A DNA stretch of 64,000 bases from Chloroflexota bacterium (lineage in GTDB: Bacteria > Chloroflexota > UBA11872 > VXOZ01): the NCBI GenBank assembly GCA_964291655.2, contig OZ219801.1, positions 108,842 through 172,841 of the forward strand. Reading direction: 5' to 3'. Below, piece by piece: positions 20,820 to 29,697 of this stretch. Position 1 is the stretch's first letter. Every line of letters starts with the position of its first letter. The notes beneath the pieces are model-generated. The model ran no database searches, was not told where the DNA came from, and worked only from the letters and a program-made list of their open reading frames with translations. Both the position numbers and the translations under genes were made by a program.

Positions 20820-21632
20820 CTAAGGCCAATAGATCCGTATGGGGGCGCTCTCAACCGTAGCGCCGTTCGGCGTGAGAGCTCTCACTGTGATGATGAGATT
20901 GCTGCTTCCTTCCAAGATGTCGATTTTGCGTAACGTGAACGTGCCACCCACGTTCGCAACGCCTGATGCTGCCTGGGCGCTATCCAGAACCCTTCCATCC
21001 GCACGGACAATATCAATTTTCGATGCATTTGTCACCGAAATGCTCAAGCTGACCGGATCCTCTGTGGCCCGATACGAGCCTTGACTATCCTCCGTTGCGG
21101 TCCCCTTCGCAGCAATGAACGTAAAGGTCACTCCACCATTTGCTGCCGTAGGTGACGGGAAGAAGGTTGGCTGGGTCGCGGCGGGAGCGGCGGTTGGAGT
21201 GGATGAACTCGATGCGAGTTCCTGGGGTACTCGGAGTGTCTGCCCTTCAAATATCGTATTCGGATCAGCGAGGCAGTTCGCTGCCTGGACAATTGCCTGT
21301 GTGGAATCACTGCGCAGGGCGATGCTATAGAGCGTGTCTCCCGATTGTACGGTGTAGGTCGGCCAATCGGTACGTGGTGTGCAAGATGGCGGGGCGGTCG
21401 CGGCCTGCTGAGCCCGCGTCGGCAATGGCACTAATGTTGGCACCGGCGAGGCAGCAGGCGCCTCGGAGGTTTCTTGCGTTGGGCGAATGACCGTTGGGAT
21501 GAATTCAGGAGTGGGCGTCTCTTCATCGGGGCCGTTCCCCACAAATGGGACGCAAGCGGTTGCTATGACCGCAAGTCCCAGCAACAAAAGCATGACCCGG
21601 AAGAAATTAAGGGGCATTTTCACTGGCGACAC
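20820..21632 (-). CDS. Secreted LysM-domain protein
   Basis: 270 aa. N-terminal signal/TM (FFRVMLLLLGLAVIATAC), Pro/Thr-rich linker, LysM motif YTVQSGDTLYSIALRS...IFEGQTLRVP. Confidence 0.8.
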   Translation of the reverse strand: MSPVKMPLNFFRVMLLLLGLAVIATACVPFVGNGPDEETPTPEFIPTVIRPTQETSEAPAASPVPTLVPLPTRAQQAATAPPSCTPRTDWPTYTVQSGDTLYSIALRSDSTQAIVQAANCLADPNTIFEGQTLRVPQELASSSSTPTAAPAATQPTFFPSPTAANGGVTFTFIAAKGTATEDSQGSYRATEDPVSLSISVTNASKIDIVRADGRVLDSAQAASGVANVGGTFTLRKIDILEGSSNLIITVRALTPNGATVESAPIRIYWP

Positions 21633-21870
21633 TCCTCTTCTCGCAAGCTACCTACACCACGGCCCGAAAGGTGCAAAGTAAAAACATCCCTCGGGACTGA
21701 CTTTGTGAGAATGATCCACCAACCTAAACCACGCTGAGACCAGGGCAGGTGGTGGATACAAAACAACTAAACAGACGCTCTGTGGGACTGACGAATCAGA
21801 GAGCTATATATATGATGCCTGGAATGGCTGCACATTACAAGCGAACCGCAGAATCCGGCGCATGACGGCC

Positions 21871-22824
21871 CTACAGCAAGGACCGGGCTTTCGCCACAAT
21901 GTGTTGAGCGGTCAAGCCATACTTCTGCAGGAGCGCTGACGCATCCCCGGACTCAGCGTAGGTGTTCTCAACTCCGACGAATGCCATTGCGCAGGGGGCA
22001 TGCTCGGCAACCGCCATTGCCACGACACTACCGAGACCGCACTGAACCAGATGTTCCTCAGCAACTACGATCTTGCCTGTTTCACGCGCCGCTTTCGTCA
22101 CGGCTGCCACGTCCAGCGGTCGCACCGTGTGCATGTCGAGCACACGAGCCTGGACACCCTCCGCGGCTAATGTCTGTGCTGCCTCCAACGCGGCAGCAAC
22201 CATGATGCCGTTACTAATGAGCGTAATGTCCCCGCCGCTGCGCAATTCGTTCGCCTTGCCCAGCGTGAAATCAGGATTGTCCCCGTAAGTGACGGGCACG
22301 TCCGGCCGACCCACGCGCATGTATGCGGGACCCTCTGCGCTCAACATCGCCGCAACCGCCTTATGGGTGGAGGGCTCATCGGCGGGTACGATCACGGTAA
22401 ACGTCGGCAATCCCAACGCCAAAGCGACATCTTCGATAGCCATCTGCGACGGGCCGTCTTCACCGATGCTTATTCCTGCATGGCTGCCGACGACTTTTAC
22501 ATTGAGATTCGGGAAAGCAATCGACATGCGCAACTGGTCGTACCCGTTGCACATGATAAAGCAGGCGAAGCTGGCAATCACCGGCAGTTTTCCACACGCT
22601 GCCAAACCGGCGCCGATACCTACCAAGTTCGATTCCGCGATGCCGACATTGATGAAGCGTTCGGGAAACTCCTGCGCGAACCACTCGGTACGCGTGGAAT
22701 TATTGACGTCGCCGTCCACGACGACAATATCGGGATTAGTCCTGCCGGCCTCCCGCAACGCGGCGCCAAACGCATCGCGAGTCGCCTTGCCCATCTTGAG
22801 ATTGACTTCTGGTTCTACTGCCAT
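21871..22824 (-). CDS. Transketolase, C-terminal (pyrimidine-binding) subunit of a split enzyme
   Basis: 317 aa. Blocks FINVGIAESNLVGIGAGLA and GSHAGISIGEDGPSQ. Its start overlaps the stop of the N-terminal subunit gene by 10 nt. Confidence 0.9.
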   Translation of the reverse strand: MAVEPEVNLKMGKATRDAFGAALREAGRTNPDIVVVDGDVNNSTRTEWFAQEFPERFINVGIAESNLVGIGAGLAACGKLPVIASFACFIMCNGYDQLRMSIAFPNLNVKVVGSHAGISIGEDGPSQMAIEDVALALGLPTFTVIVPADEPSTHKAVAAMLSAEGPAYMRVGRPDVPVTYGDNPDFTLGKANELRSGGDITLISNGIMVAAALEAAQTLAAEGVQARVLDMHTVRPLDVAAVTKAARETGKIVVAEEHLVQCGLGSVVAMAVAEHAPCAMAFVGVENTYAESGDASALLQKYGLTAQHIVAKARSLL

Positions 22825-23639
22825 CCGAGTTCCTCCAAGGCACGTTGCTCTTCTTCCTTGGTAAGCGATTTGCCATGATATGAATAGTCTGCTTCAACGA
22901 AAGAGACGCCTTTGCCCTTGACCGTATGGGCGACAATGCAAGATGGGCGTCCCTCGGTGGACTTGGCTCGCTGCAATGCTTGCACCACGGCGGATGTGTC
23001 GTGACCGTCAATTTCCTGAACATCCCATTGAAAGGCCCGCCACTTTTCCGTCAGCGGCGAGTAGTCGAGCACGTCTCTCACCCAGCCGGTCTGCTGGGCT
23101 TTGTTGTGGTCCACAATGGCGGTCACGTTGTCGAGGTTATAGTGAGCCGCCGTCATGGCAGCTTCCCAAATCTGCCCTTCGTCCAGTTCCCCATCACCCA
23201 ATATGACGAAAACGTGGAAATCTCTATTCTCGATGCGGGCTGCGAAGGCATGTCCCAAGCCTAGCGAGAGTCCCTGACCCAGAGATCCGGTACTAGCTTC
23301 TACACCGGGCAGGCGGGTCATGTTGGGATGCCCCTCGAGCGGGCTGCCAATCTGCCTAAGGGTTGCCAGCAGGTCCGTTGAGAAATACCCGGCCTGCGCC
23401 AAGACAACATAGAGCAACGGGCTCGCGTGGCCTTTACTCATGATCAAGCGATCACGATCATGCCATTGCGGATTTGCGGGATCATATTGCATGATGCCGC
23501 CGAAATACAATGCAGCCATGATCTCTACGCCGGAGAGCGAGCTTGACGGGTGCCCTGACCCTGCTATTGTCGTGCAGGTGATGATGTCGCGGCGGATTAG
23601 TCGAGCTTGTTCTTCTAGATCTTCGATTGACATCTTCAT
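22815..23639 (-). CDS. Transketolase, N-terminal (thiamine-diphosphate-binding) subunit
   Basis: ATG 23639 (MKMSIEDLEEQARLIRRD..). Blocks GSGHPSSSLS and the TPP-binding VILGDGELDEGQIWEA. The upstream part of the track ORF is unsupported. Confidence 0.9.
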   Translation of the reverse strand: MKMSIEDLEEQARLIRRDIITCTTIAGSGHPSSSLSGVEIMAALYFGGIMQYDPANPQWHDRDRLIMSKGHASPLLYVVLAQAGYFSTDLLATLRQIGSPLEGHPNMTRLPGVEASTGSLGQGLSLGLGHAFAARIENRDFHVFVILGDGELDEGQIWEAAMTAAHYNLDNVTAIVDHNKAQQTGWVRDVLDYSPLTEKWRAFQWDVQEIDGHDTSAVVQALQRAKSTEGRPSCIVAHTVKGKGVSFVEADYSYHGKSLTKEEEQRALEELGWQ

Positions 23640-23754
23640 CGATACACCCACTGCCTTGAAAATCCTTCTGCTACCTTCACTCTGACGTCGTGTTCCCGGC
23701 GGAGAACCATCCGCGTCCAATGCGCCTTGGTATACTTCCGGGACAGGAGGCTTA

Positions 23755-23770
23755 TTCTTCTCGAGAAGAA
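23755..23770. promoter_or_regulatory. Perfect 16-bp palindrome ttcttctcgagaagaa, upstream of the transketolase operon
   Basis: Exact palindrome read from the sequence, 116 nt upstream of the ATG at 23639, in a 480-bp divergent spacer. Confidence 0.35.
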
Positions 23771-24120
23771 GCACACACACTCACACTATTGTAGCGTTTA
23801 CGCGCCGGGGGCGCGAGCGCTTCCGGCCAGTCTCCTATTTCAGCCCCTTCCCAGTCGCCCTGCCACTGAACGTGCACCCCTCGCTTCCCTTGCGGAGACA
23901 ATTCAAGCCGCACAGACAATTCGGCACTTGAGTGCAGAGGGCACTGTGGGAAAATCGTAGCGTGCATCCCCTTGCGGCCTGGACGTGTACGCCAGTGCTA
24001 TACTTGAGCCGACGTGAGTGCTAAGAATTGATTCTCAAGAACTGTGCCAATGACTATTCGCTTGTCCGGTGAGTGTAGCAGGCAAGAACAGGACTCTAGG
24101 TTTACGGCCTGGCTCTCCGC

Positions 24121-25008
24121 TTGCACGATCTGAATCGAGAGGACCCCCATCCCTTGGCTACGTCTGAGTCCACCCCCGAGACCAACCAACCTAAGACTCG
24201 CGCCTTTCCCAACGTCTGGCAGGCCCTGGTTTTACTCGGCCTGCTTTTGATTCTGCAGTTGGGCGTGACTGTGGTAGTAGGCTTCTACCTTTCCCTTCAG
24301 TCGATTCCGATGCAGGAGTTGTCCACGGTGCTTGCAATGGTGAACCTTTCCACCTTTGGCGCCGTCGTAATCTTGGGTACGGCATGGTCTCGCGTTTCGG
24401 CCCGCCAACTCTTCTATCTGCGGGGATTCTCCCCCATGCTGATCCTGCCGATGTTCGTGATGATGCTTGGCCTCATCATTGTCGTATCGGAACTCGATAA
24501 CGTCCTCCAACGTTTCCTTCCGATACCGGACTGGCTCATAGAGATGCTTGGCGAGCTTGGTCTTGGCGAGGGCTTCGCCCTTGGCACCTTCATTGTGCTG
24601 GTTGTTGTCGCGCCAATCACCGAAGAACCACTGTTCCGCGGCATCCTGCTCCATGGCTTCACGCGCAACTACGGTGCGTGGTGGGCGGTGATAGTTACCG
24701 CTTTCCTATTTGGTGCTATTCACATGAATCCCTGGCAATTCGTAGGCGCTTTTTTCCTGGGGCTTGCGTTTGGGTGGTGGACGTTGGAGACGCGGTCTAT
24801 TCTGCCGGCGATCCTCGGCCACGCTATGAACAATGGCATGGTCGTCATTACGGTCGACGTGTTAAGCGTGGAGATTCAAGGTTTCAATGCCTGGGAAGAA
24901 GGGGTGCAGACTCACCAGCCGTGGTGGTTCACACTCTCAGGCGTTATTTTGCTCGTAGTCGGAGCGGGGATTCTGTACCAGCTATGGTTGCAGGAGCGCC
25001 AGACCTGA
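24121..25008 (+). CDS. CPBP-family intramembrane glutamic endopeptidase (CAAX protease/Abi family)
   Basis: 295 aa multi-pass membrane protein with EEPLFRG, FGAIH and HAMNN motifs. TTG start, uncertain. Confidence 0.75.
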   Translation: MHDLNREDPHPLATSESTPETNQPKTRAFPNVWQALVLLGLLLILQLGVTVVVGFYLSLQSIPMQELSTVLAMVNLSTFGAVVILGTAWSRVSARQLFYLRGFSPMLILPMFVMMLGLIIVVSELDNVLQRFLPIPDWLIEMLGELGLGEGFALGTFIVLVVVAPITEEPLFRGILLHGFTRNYGAWWAVIVTAFLFGAIHMNPWQFVGAFFLGLAFGWWTLETRSILPAILGHAMNNGMVVITVDVLSVEIQGFNAWEEGVQTHQPWWFTLSGVILLVVGAGILYQLWLQERQT

Positions 25009-25138
25009 TAGCGCCTTCACCCGGCGCCAGCCCTTCTCGTTGTGAGACTCGCGTTTCGTACGCTCGTGCATGAAGAGTCGCCAACGTCGGCCAGTACGAG
25101 ATTGCTCTCTCTTACAGCGGATCGGTAGCAGGATTTGA

Positions 25139-25495
25139 CTAACGCGAGCGCCACAACCAGAGAACGTTGATGAAGAAGACCATTCCCAAAACGGCATAGA
25201 AGCCGTTTGCGCCAGCCACGATCGCGCCGACGATCACCAGCGGCACGCCAAAGCCCAACACGGGCATCGCCACTTTGAGAAAGGCCTCCGCGTCGGATCT
25301 TGCCTGCGTGCGTGCCTGGATCATAGCAACCTCGATGCGCTCGTTGATGTGGGAATCAATGCGCTCCATTAGCGCCGCCACGATGTGATCGTCATAGTGC
25401 TCGCCCAGCTCGCGGCGGGTGGCCACTGTAGACCTCAGCTCATCTTTCAGCCGGGCTGTTTCCGCGGGATCCTGCGGCCGAAACTTACTTGCCAT
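25139..25495 (-). CDS. Hypothetical small membrane protein
   Basis: ATG 25495 (MASKFRPQDPAE..). Charged helical N-terminal half, two predicted C-terminal TM segments (VLGFGVPLVIVGAIVAGANGFYAVLGMVFFINVLW). No family recognised. Confidence 0.45.
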   Translation of the reverse strand: MASKFRPQDPAETARLKDELRSTVATRRELGEHYDDHIVAALMERIDSHINERIEVAMIQARTQARSDAEAFLKVAMPVLGFGVPLVIVGAIVAGANGFYAVLGMVFFINVLWLWRSR

Positions 25496-25606
25496 CGGCT
25501 GGCTTCCTTTGTACTCCGCGCCGCCATGCCTCCTCCGGTAAACCACGACCCCATCATAACGCAATTGACGGAACTCGAGGTGAGAAGCCTCTAGGTTTTG
25601 TCCTGC

Positions 25607-26740
25607 TCACAGCAATGCTCCCTCGTCATGCAACCGCCACGCAGCATCAACGAGCGCCCAGAGGCCCCCGCTTACCGCCGCATTGCCGCCCAGCACCACA
25701 GGATAGCCTGCGTCCCACGCTGCGCCTGCAAAGTCTTGTGTCGATTCATCCTCGATCTCGCTAACCAGTCCCATGTCTGCAGCAAACCTATCATGTCCGT
25801 TGACCTGCCCTCCGCCGTGCGCAAACAGCACGCGCGAGTCGAGAAAGAGGGCGTCTCCCATCTGCGAGAACGCGTCAAAGAAAGCCCGAGGCCCTACTTC
25901 CTCTAAGTAAAACCCCAGCAATGAGCGCACCGGCCGTGCGCTTGTGCTCATGCCCCGTTCTTCGGAATAGACGCGGATGCGGCACGCCATGTCCCGCCTG
26001 AGCAACGGCCAGAGCTGGGCGCTAACGCGCCCGGCCAAAACGACCTCTTCATGCGGCCGCACGAAGGAAGGCATTGCATCGCGCAGACGCGAGCTTAAGG
26101 AGAGCAGTGGCCGGCTAACAGATTGCTGTGCAATATAGGCGCGGGCCACCGGACCGCAAAGTGGATGAAGCCCGAGCATGGCAAGATCAGTAGGGGTGTC
26201 GATATCGAACATTGCGGCAATTGCGGGTTCCAGCGGTTCATGGCGCAGACTTGCTTCCAGGACCAGTTGCCGCGCCAGGCCGTTATCACGTGTGCGCGGC
26301 AGATCGACAGCGGTAAGGGCGTTCGCAGGATGAAATCCGATGAAGTCTGCCGAAAAGAAGTTGTTCGCAATCAGCCCATGGTCCAGGAGCGCAACCGCGT
26401 CGCGCAGGGCTGCCAATTCGCCAACGGAGAGCAGGGGACCGCTGCCTCCGCCGATATAGAGGACGCGTGATATGCAGTGTCGTGCGACGATTCCCGCGAG
26501 GGTATTGCCAAAGTGAAAGCACCGCGCGTCCGCGGTTGGCTCAATGATGACTTCCGGCGCAATGCCCCTGCACGCCTCCGCCCGCGAAGTTGCAAGGATG
26601 ATTGGCGCAAATCCCCCGGCCGTCTGAGCCTTGGCAATTAAGTCTTGAGCAATGGCAAGATGGCTATCAAAGACCAATTGCTCCAGCGCGGTGGCGCCTT
26701 CCTTGCCGGCAAAGAGTACGAGACCGACGTCATCAGCCAT
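25607..26740 (-). CDS. Hypothetical protein; N-terminal half resembles a MobA/CofC-like nucleotidyltransferase fold
   Basis: ATG 26740 (MADDVGLVLFAGKEG..). LVLFAGK start and FDIDTPTDL block are reminiscent of GT-A-type NTP transferases. The C-terminal 170 aa is unassigned. Confidence 0.45.
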   Translation of the reverse strand: MADDVGLVLFAGKEGATALEQLVFDSHLAIAQDLIAKAQTAGGFAPIILATSRAEACRGIAPEVIIEPTADARCFHFGNTLAGIVARHCISRVLYIGGGSGPLLSVGELAALRDAVALLDHGLIANNFFSADFIGFHPANALTAVDLPRTRDNGLARQLVLEASLRHEPLEPAIAAMFDIDTPTDLAMLGLHPLCGPVARAYIAQQSVSRPLLSLSSRLRDAMPSFVRPHEEVVLAGRVSAQLWPLLRRDMACRIRVYSEERGMSTSARPVRSLLGFYLEEVGPRAFFDAFSQMGDALFLDSRVLFAHGGGQVNGHDRFAADMGLVSEIEDESTQDFAGAAWDAGYPVVLGGNAAVSGGLWALVDAAWRLHDEGALL

Positions 26741-26966
26741 ACGCAAATCACTTCCGCTGCGTTGTGTTGGCGGTTGCCACAGTATGGCTGGGCACTCTTA
26801 CAGATCGCACACCGAATTACGAACTGTGGCCGAACTCTTCACCCGCCACACCAAGATTGCGACGCGAGACTAGTTCTGTTGCTTGCACCGCAATGGCTTA
26901 CAGCCCTCATGCAATTACGAACTACACCAAACGCGGACAACCCATCGTGACGATTGCCCAACCCTT

Positions 26967-26993
26967 GCGGTAGTGCAGGTTTGCTACCTGGGC
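26967..26993. repeat. REP-like hairpin, family A (diverged copy)
   Basis: gcggtagtgcaggtttgctacctgggc. Confidence 0.75.
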
Positions 26994-27184
26994 TCATGCG
27001 GCAGCGTGACTCTCGCCGGATCGCAGACCTACTCTTGGCAAGAGTCCGGCCCTACTCACGTAAAGTCCCGCCACCTGTGCGCGTGTGCCACACACAAACA
27101 GCCGCCAGATGAATTACCAAAGTACTCATCCAGCGGCAATCGAGTATCGCATTGCCAAAGCATTTTCACGCAATGGCAAAGAAC

Positions 27185-27496
27185 CTACATGTACCCATAC
27201 TCCATGCGGATCTCTTCGGACATCATTTCCGGCGACCACGCCGGGTCCCAGACGATTTCCACTTCCACTTCCTCCACGCCCTCAAGGTCTTCGACTACCT
27301 GATTGACCTGGGCAATGATGTACGGTCCCGCTGGACAACCGGGAAACGTGAGCGTCATCTTGATCCCAACGTTGTTGTCATCGGCAGTGGTGTTGATCTC
27401 GTAGATTAACCCCAAATCAACAATGTTGACGCCCAGTTCAGGATCGATGACTTCCTTCAGGCCTTCACGAATTACGTCTTCAGCAACAATAGCCAT
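27185..27496 (-). CDS. DUF59/SufT-like Fe-S cluster assembly protein
   Basis: ATG 27496 preceded by GGAGAAAAA. Blocks VIDPELGVNIVDLGLIY and TLTFPGCPAG. Confidence 0.8.
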   Translation of the reverse strand: MAIVAEDVIREGLKEVIDPELGVNIVDLGLIYEINTTADDNNVGIKMTLTFPGCPAGPYIIAQVNQVVEDLEGVEEVEVEIVWDPAWSPEMMSEEIRMEYGYM

Positions 27497-27577
27497 GTAT
27501 TTTTCTCCTGGCTCCGATCTCTGTCGTGCCTCTATGGACCATAGTAACAACCGCAAGCGCGACCCGGCAATGTTGGG

Positions 27578-28285
27578 CTAGTCTACCTCCCGCGCGTAGA
27601 GTTCCAGAATGCTGCCCGCAAAGCCGGTGGCCTCCGGTGAAGCAAGAAACACCAAGGCGTTGGCAAATTCGTCGAGGCTCACGGCGTTGCGCATGTCTTC
27701 TTCATCGAGGTATTGTTCCGCCTCCACGGTTGCGATCGTGCCCGCCACAAGGCACGTTGGTACAATGCCGCGCTGCTTGTAGTCGCGCGCCACACCTTTG
27801 GTGAACGTGACCACCGCGGCCTTACTCGCACCGAAGAGCGCGCGTCCCGGCGCCGGATCAAAGGCGCTGCCTCCGGCGATCGTGATGATATGTCCGTGCC
27901 CCTGCGCCAGCATCGCCGGCAGAACCGCGCGCACAAGATTGTAGCTCGTGTAGAGGTTCGCCTCGATCTGATGTTGCAAGTCCGCCAAGGTCGTCTCTGT
28001 TACCTCGCGTTGATCGAAGCTGCCGGAGAGGAGCGTCGCCGCATCCAAGTGCCCAAACGCGGCGCAGGTCTGCTCTACTGCGGAATTGGCTTGATCAGCC
28101 TCTGCGAGGTCCGCCTCTATGCCCAGCACCGTATCCCCATGTGGAATCCGGCTCAACGCAGCCTGCAGGCGGTCACGATTGCGTGCAGTGGTTGCCACCT
28201 GATAGCCGGCGTCGAGAAATGCCGAGATTACGGCCCCTCCTGTCCGGGCCGTCGCACTTCCGATTAGAATTATTCGAGCTTCCAT
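27578..28285 (-). CDS. Divergent SDR-family protein (catalytic Tyr position occupied by Phe)
   Basis: ATG 28285 (MEARIILIGSATARTGG..). SDR layout, but the Y-x3-K position reads LFGASKAA and the Gly-rich motif is non-canonical. Confidence 0.7.
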   Translation of the reverse strand: MEARIILIGSATARTGGAVISAFLDAGYQVATTARNRDRLQAALSRIPHGDTVLGIEADLAEADQANSAVEQTCAAFGHLDAATLLSGSFDQREVTETTLADLQHQIEANLYTSYNLVRAVLPAMLAQGHGHIITIAGGSAFDPAPGRALFGASKAAVVTFTKGVARDYKQRGIVPTCLVAGTIATVEAEQYLDEEDMRNAVSLDEFANALVFLASPEATGFAGSILELYAREVD

Positions 28286-28481
28286 AGGACACCTTTCTCC
28301 CAAGCCCGCGCAATACTCTCCCCTCACAAGAGATCGCAAGCTGTGTGCGCAGTCACACTCGCACGTGAACGTTCACCGATTTCACCCTCGCATGTTTTCC
28401 GGTTGAGGAATCCCGTAAGGACGCTAGACGCTCTAAACTATTAGCAGAGATTTCGCCCAAGCAACTTGCCGCGAATAAGGA

Positions 28482-29450
28482 TTACTTTGCCGCAAGAGCA
28501 TAGCAGGCATCCACCAGCACCATAGCGCGGTGCATGTCTTCTAGACTAGCCAGAGGTTCGTGTCCTTCACGGTACGCCTGCAGCGTACTCTTGACAAAAT
28601 CCTGGTAAAGTCCAGGTACAGAGTGGCCGCCGCGCTCCTCAATACCTTTGTCTGTAACGATGCTGGTAGCGCCGTCGCGATAGGTAACGTAAGTTGATCC
28701 GTCGCTCACGTTCCACACCACGTCTGCGGCATCCGCCGGGTACGTATATGCTACCTCAACCACCGCAAATGCACTGTCATCGCCGCAGAATGTGACGTTG
28801 GCGTACTCTTCAACCGGGACCCCCGGCGTAATGCGCTGCAGTTGGACGGACCCGATACGTACCTCCTGGCTGCCAGTGAACCAGGAGAAGAGGTCGGCGT
28901 AGTGCACACCGAGATTGCGCAAGGCGCCGCCACCGGATTCTTCCGCCTTCAGCATCCATGGACAGCCCGAATCCACGTATCGCTGTACCGGTCCCCCGGC
29001 GTAGCGAAAATGCGCATGCTGAATCTGCCCCATGCGCCCATTGTCGCGCAACTCCTTCACGGCTTGAGAAAAAGGCGCCGCGCGATTCGTGAGCGGAATG
29101 GCGACAAAGACGTCATTTTGCTTAGCAAGTGCGATCAACCGTTCGAATTGGCTGGCGTCGGTGCCGAGAGGTTTTTCAATTACGAATGGAATGTGCCGCT
29201 CGATCAATTGGGTGGCGATCTCCGGCTGCAGCCGGTAGCGTCCAAACGAAAAGACGAAGTCGGGCTTCTCTCTCTCCAGGAGTTCCACATAGTCCGTATA
29301 CGGCGTACAGCCTGCGTACTGCCTGGAGAACCGTTCGGCATAGCTGGGCTGCTCGTCAGAAACGGCCACCGGCGTGATACCAAGCGCGCCAAATGCAGGT
29401 AAGTAAAGCGGTACGTGCCAGTGGCTGATCTCCAGTATCGCAATGCGCAT
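28482..29450 (-). CDS. Gfo/Idh/MocA-family oxidoreductase
   Basis: 322 aa, ATG start. EKP motif (FVIEKPLG). Confidence 0.8.
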   Translation of the reverse strand: MRIAILEISHWHVPLYLPAFGALGITPVAVSDEQPSYAERFSRQYAGCTPYTDYVELLEREKPDFVFSFGRYRLQPEIATQLIERHIPFVIEKPLGTDASQFERLIALAKQNDVFVAIPLTNRAAPFSQAVKELRDNGRMGQIQHAHFRYAGGPVQRYVDSGCPWMLKAEESGGGALRNLGVHYADLFSWFTGSQEVRIGSVQLQRITPGVPVEEYANVTFCGDDSAFAVVEVAYTYPADAADVVWNVSDGSTYVTYRDGATSIVTDKGIEERGGHSVPGLYQDFVKSTLQAYREGHEPLASLEDMHRAMVLVDACYALAAK

Positions 29451-29697
29451 GTTTTGTTCTCGCTCCCAAGGAAAATTCTATTCACCAGATCTTGCGGCCC
29501 TCGCGGGATCAACCATTGAGCGCTCGGGCCGACGCCGCTTTGCCAATGGAAAACAGGGCATCTGCAAAGTCGATAAAAACCTTTTATGTCCAGTCGGGTT
29601 CGGCCAAGACCCTGTCGAACTATGAACTGCCCCATGGCAGGTTTAGGGCGTGAAGACACCAGTGCGCGAATGACTCCTGCGAGTGCCCACTTAGCCT

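Noticed and set aside
22815-22824. Frameshifted or pseudogenised transketolase
   Set aside because: The two ORFs correspond cleanly to the TPP-binding N-terminal and pyrimidine-binding C-terminal halves, with their own start and stop and a 10-nt overlap. This is the well-known split-subunit arrangement.
24121-25008. CPBP/Abi protein as a bacteriocin-immunity gene of a hidden bacteriocin locus
   Set aside because: No small precursor-peptide-like ORF with a leader, no modification enzyme and no dedicated exporter lies next to it. CPBP proteases are common stand-alone membrane proteins.
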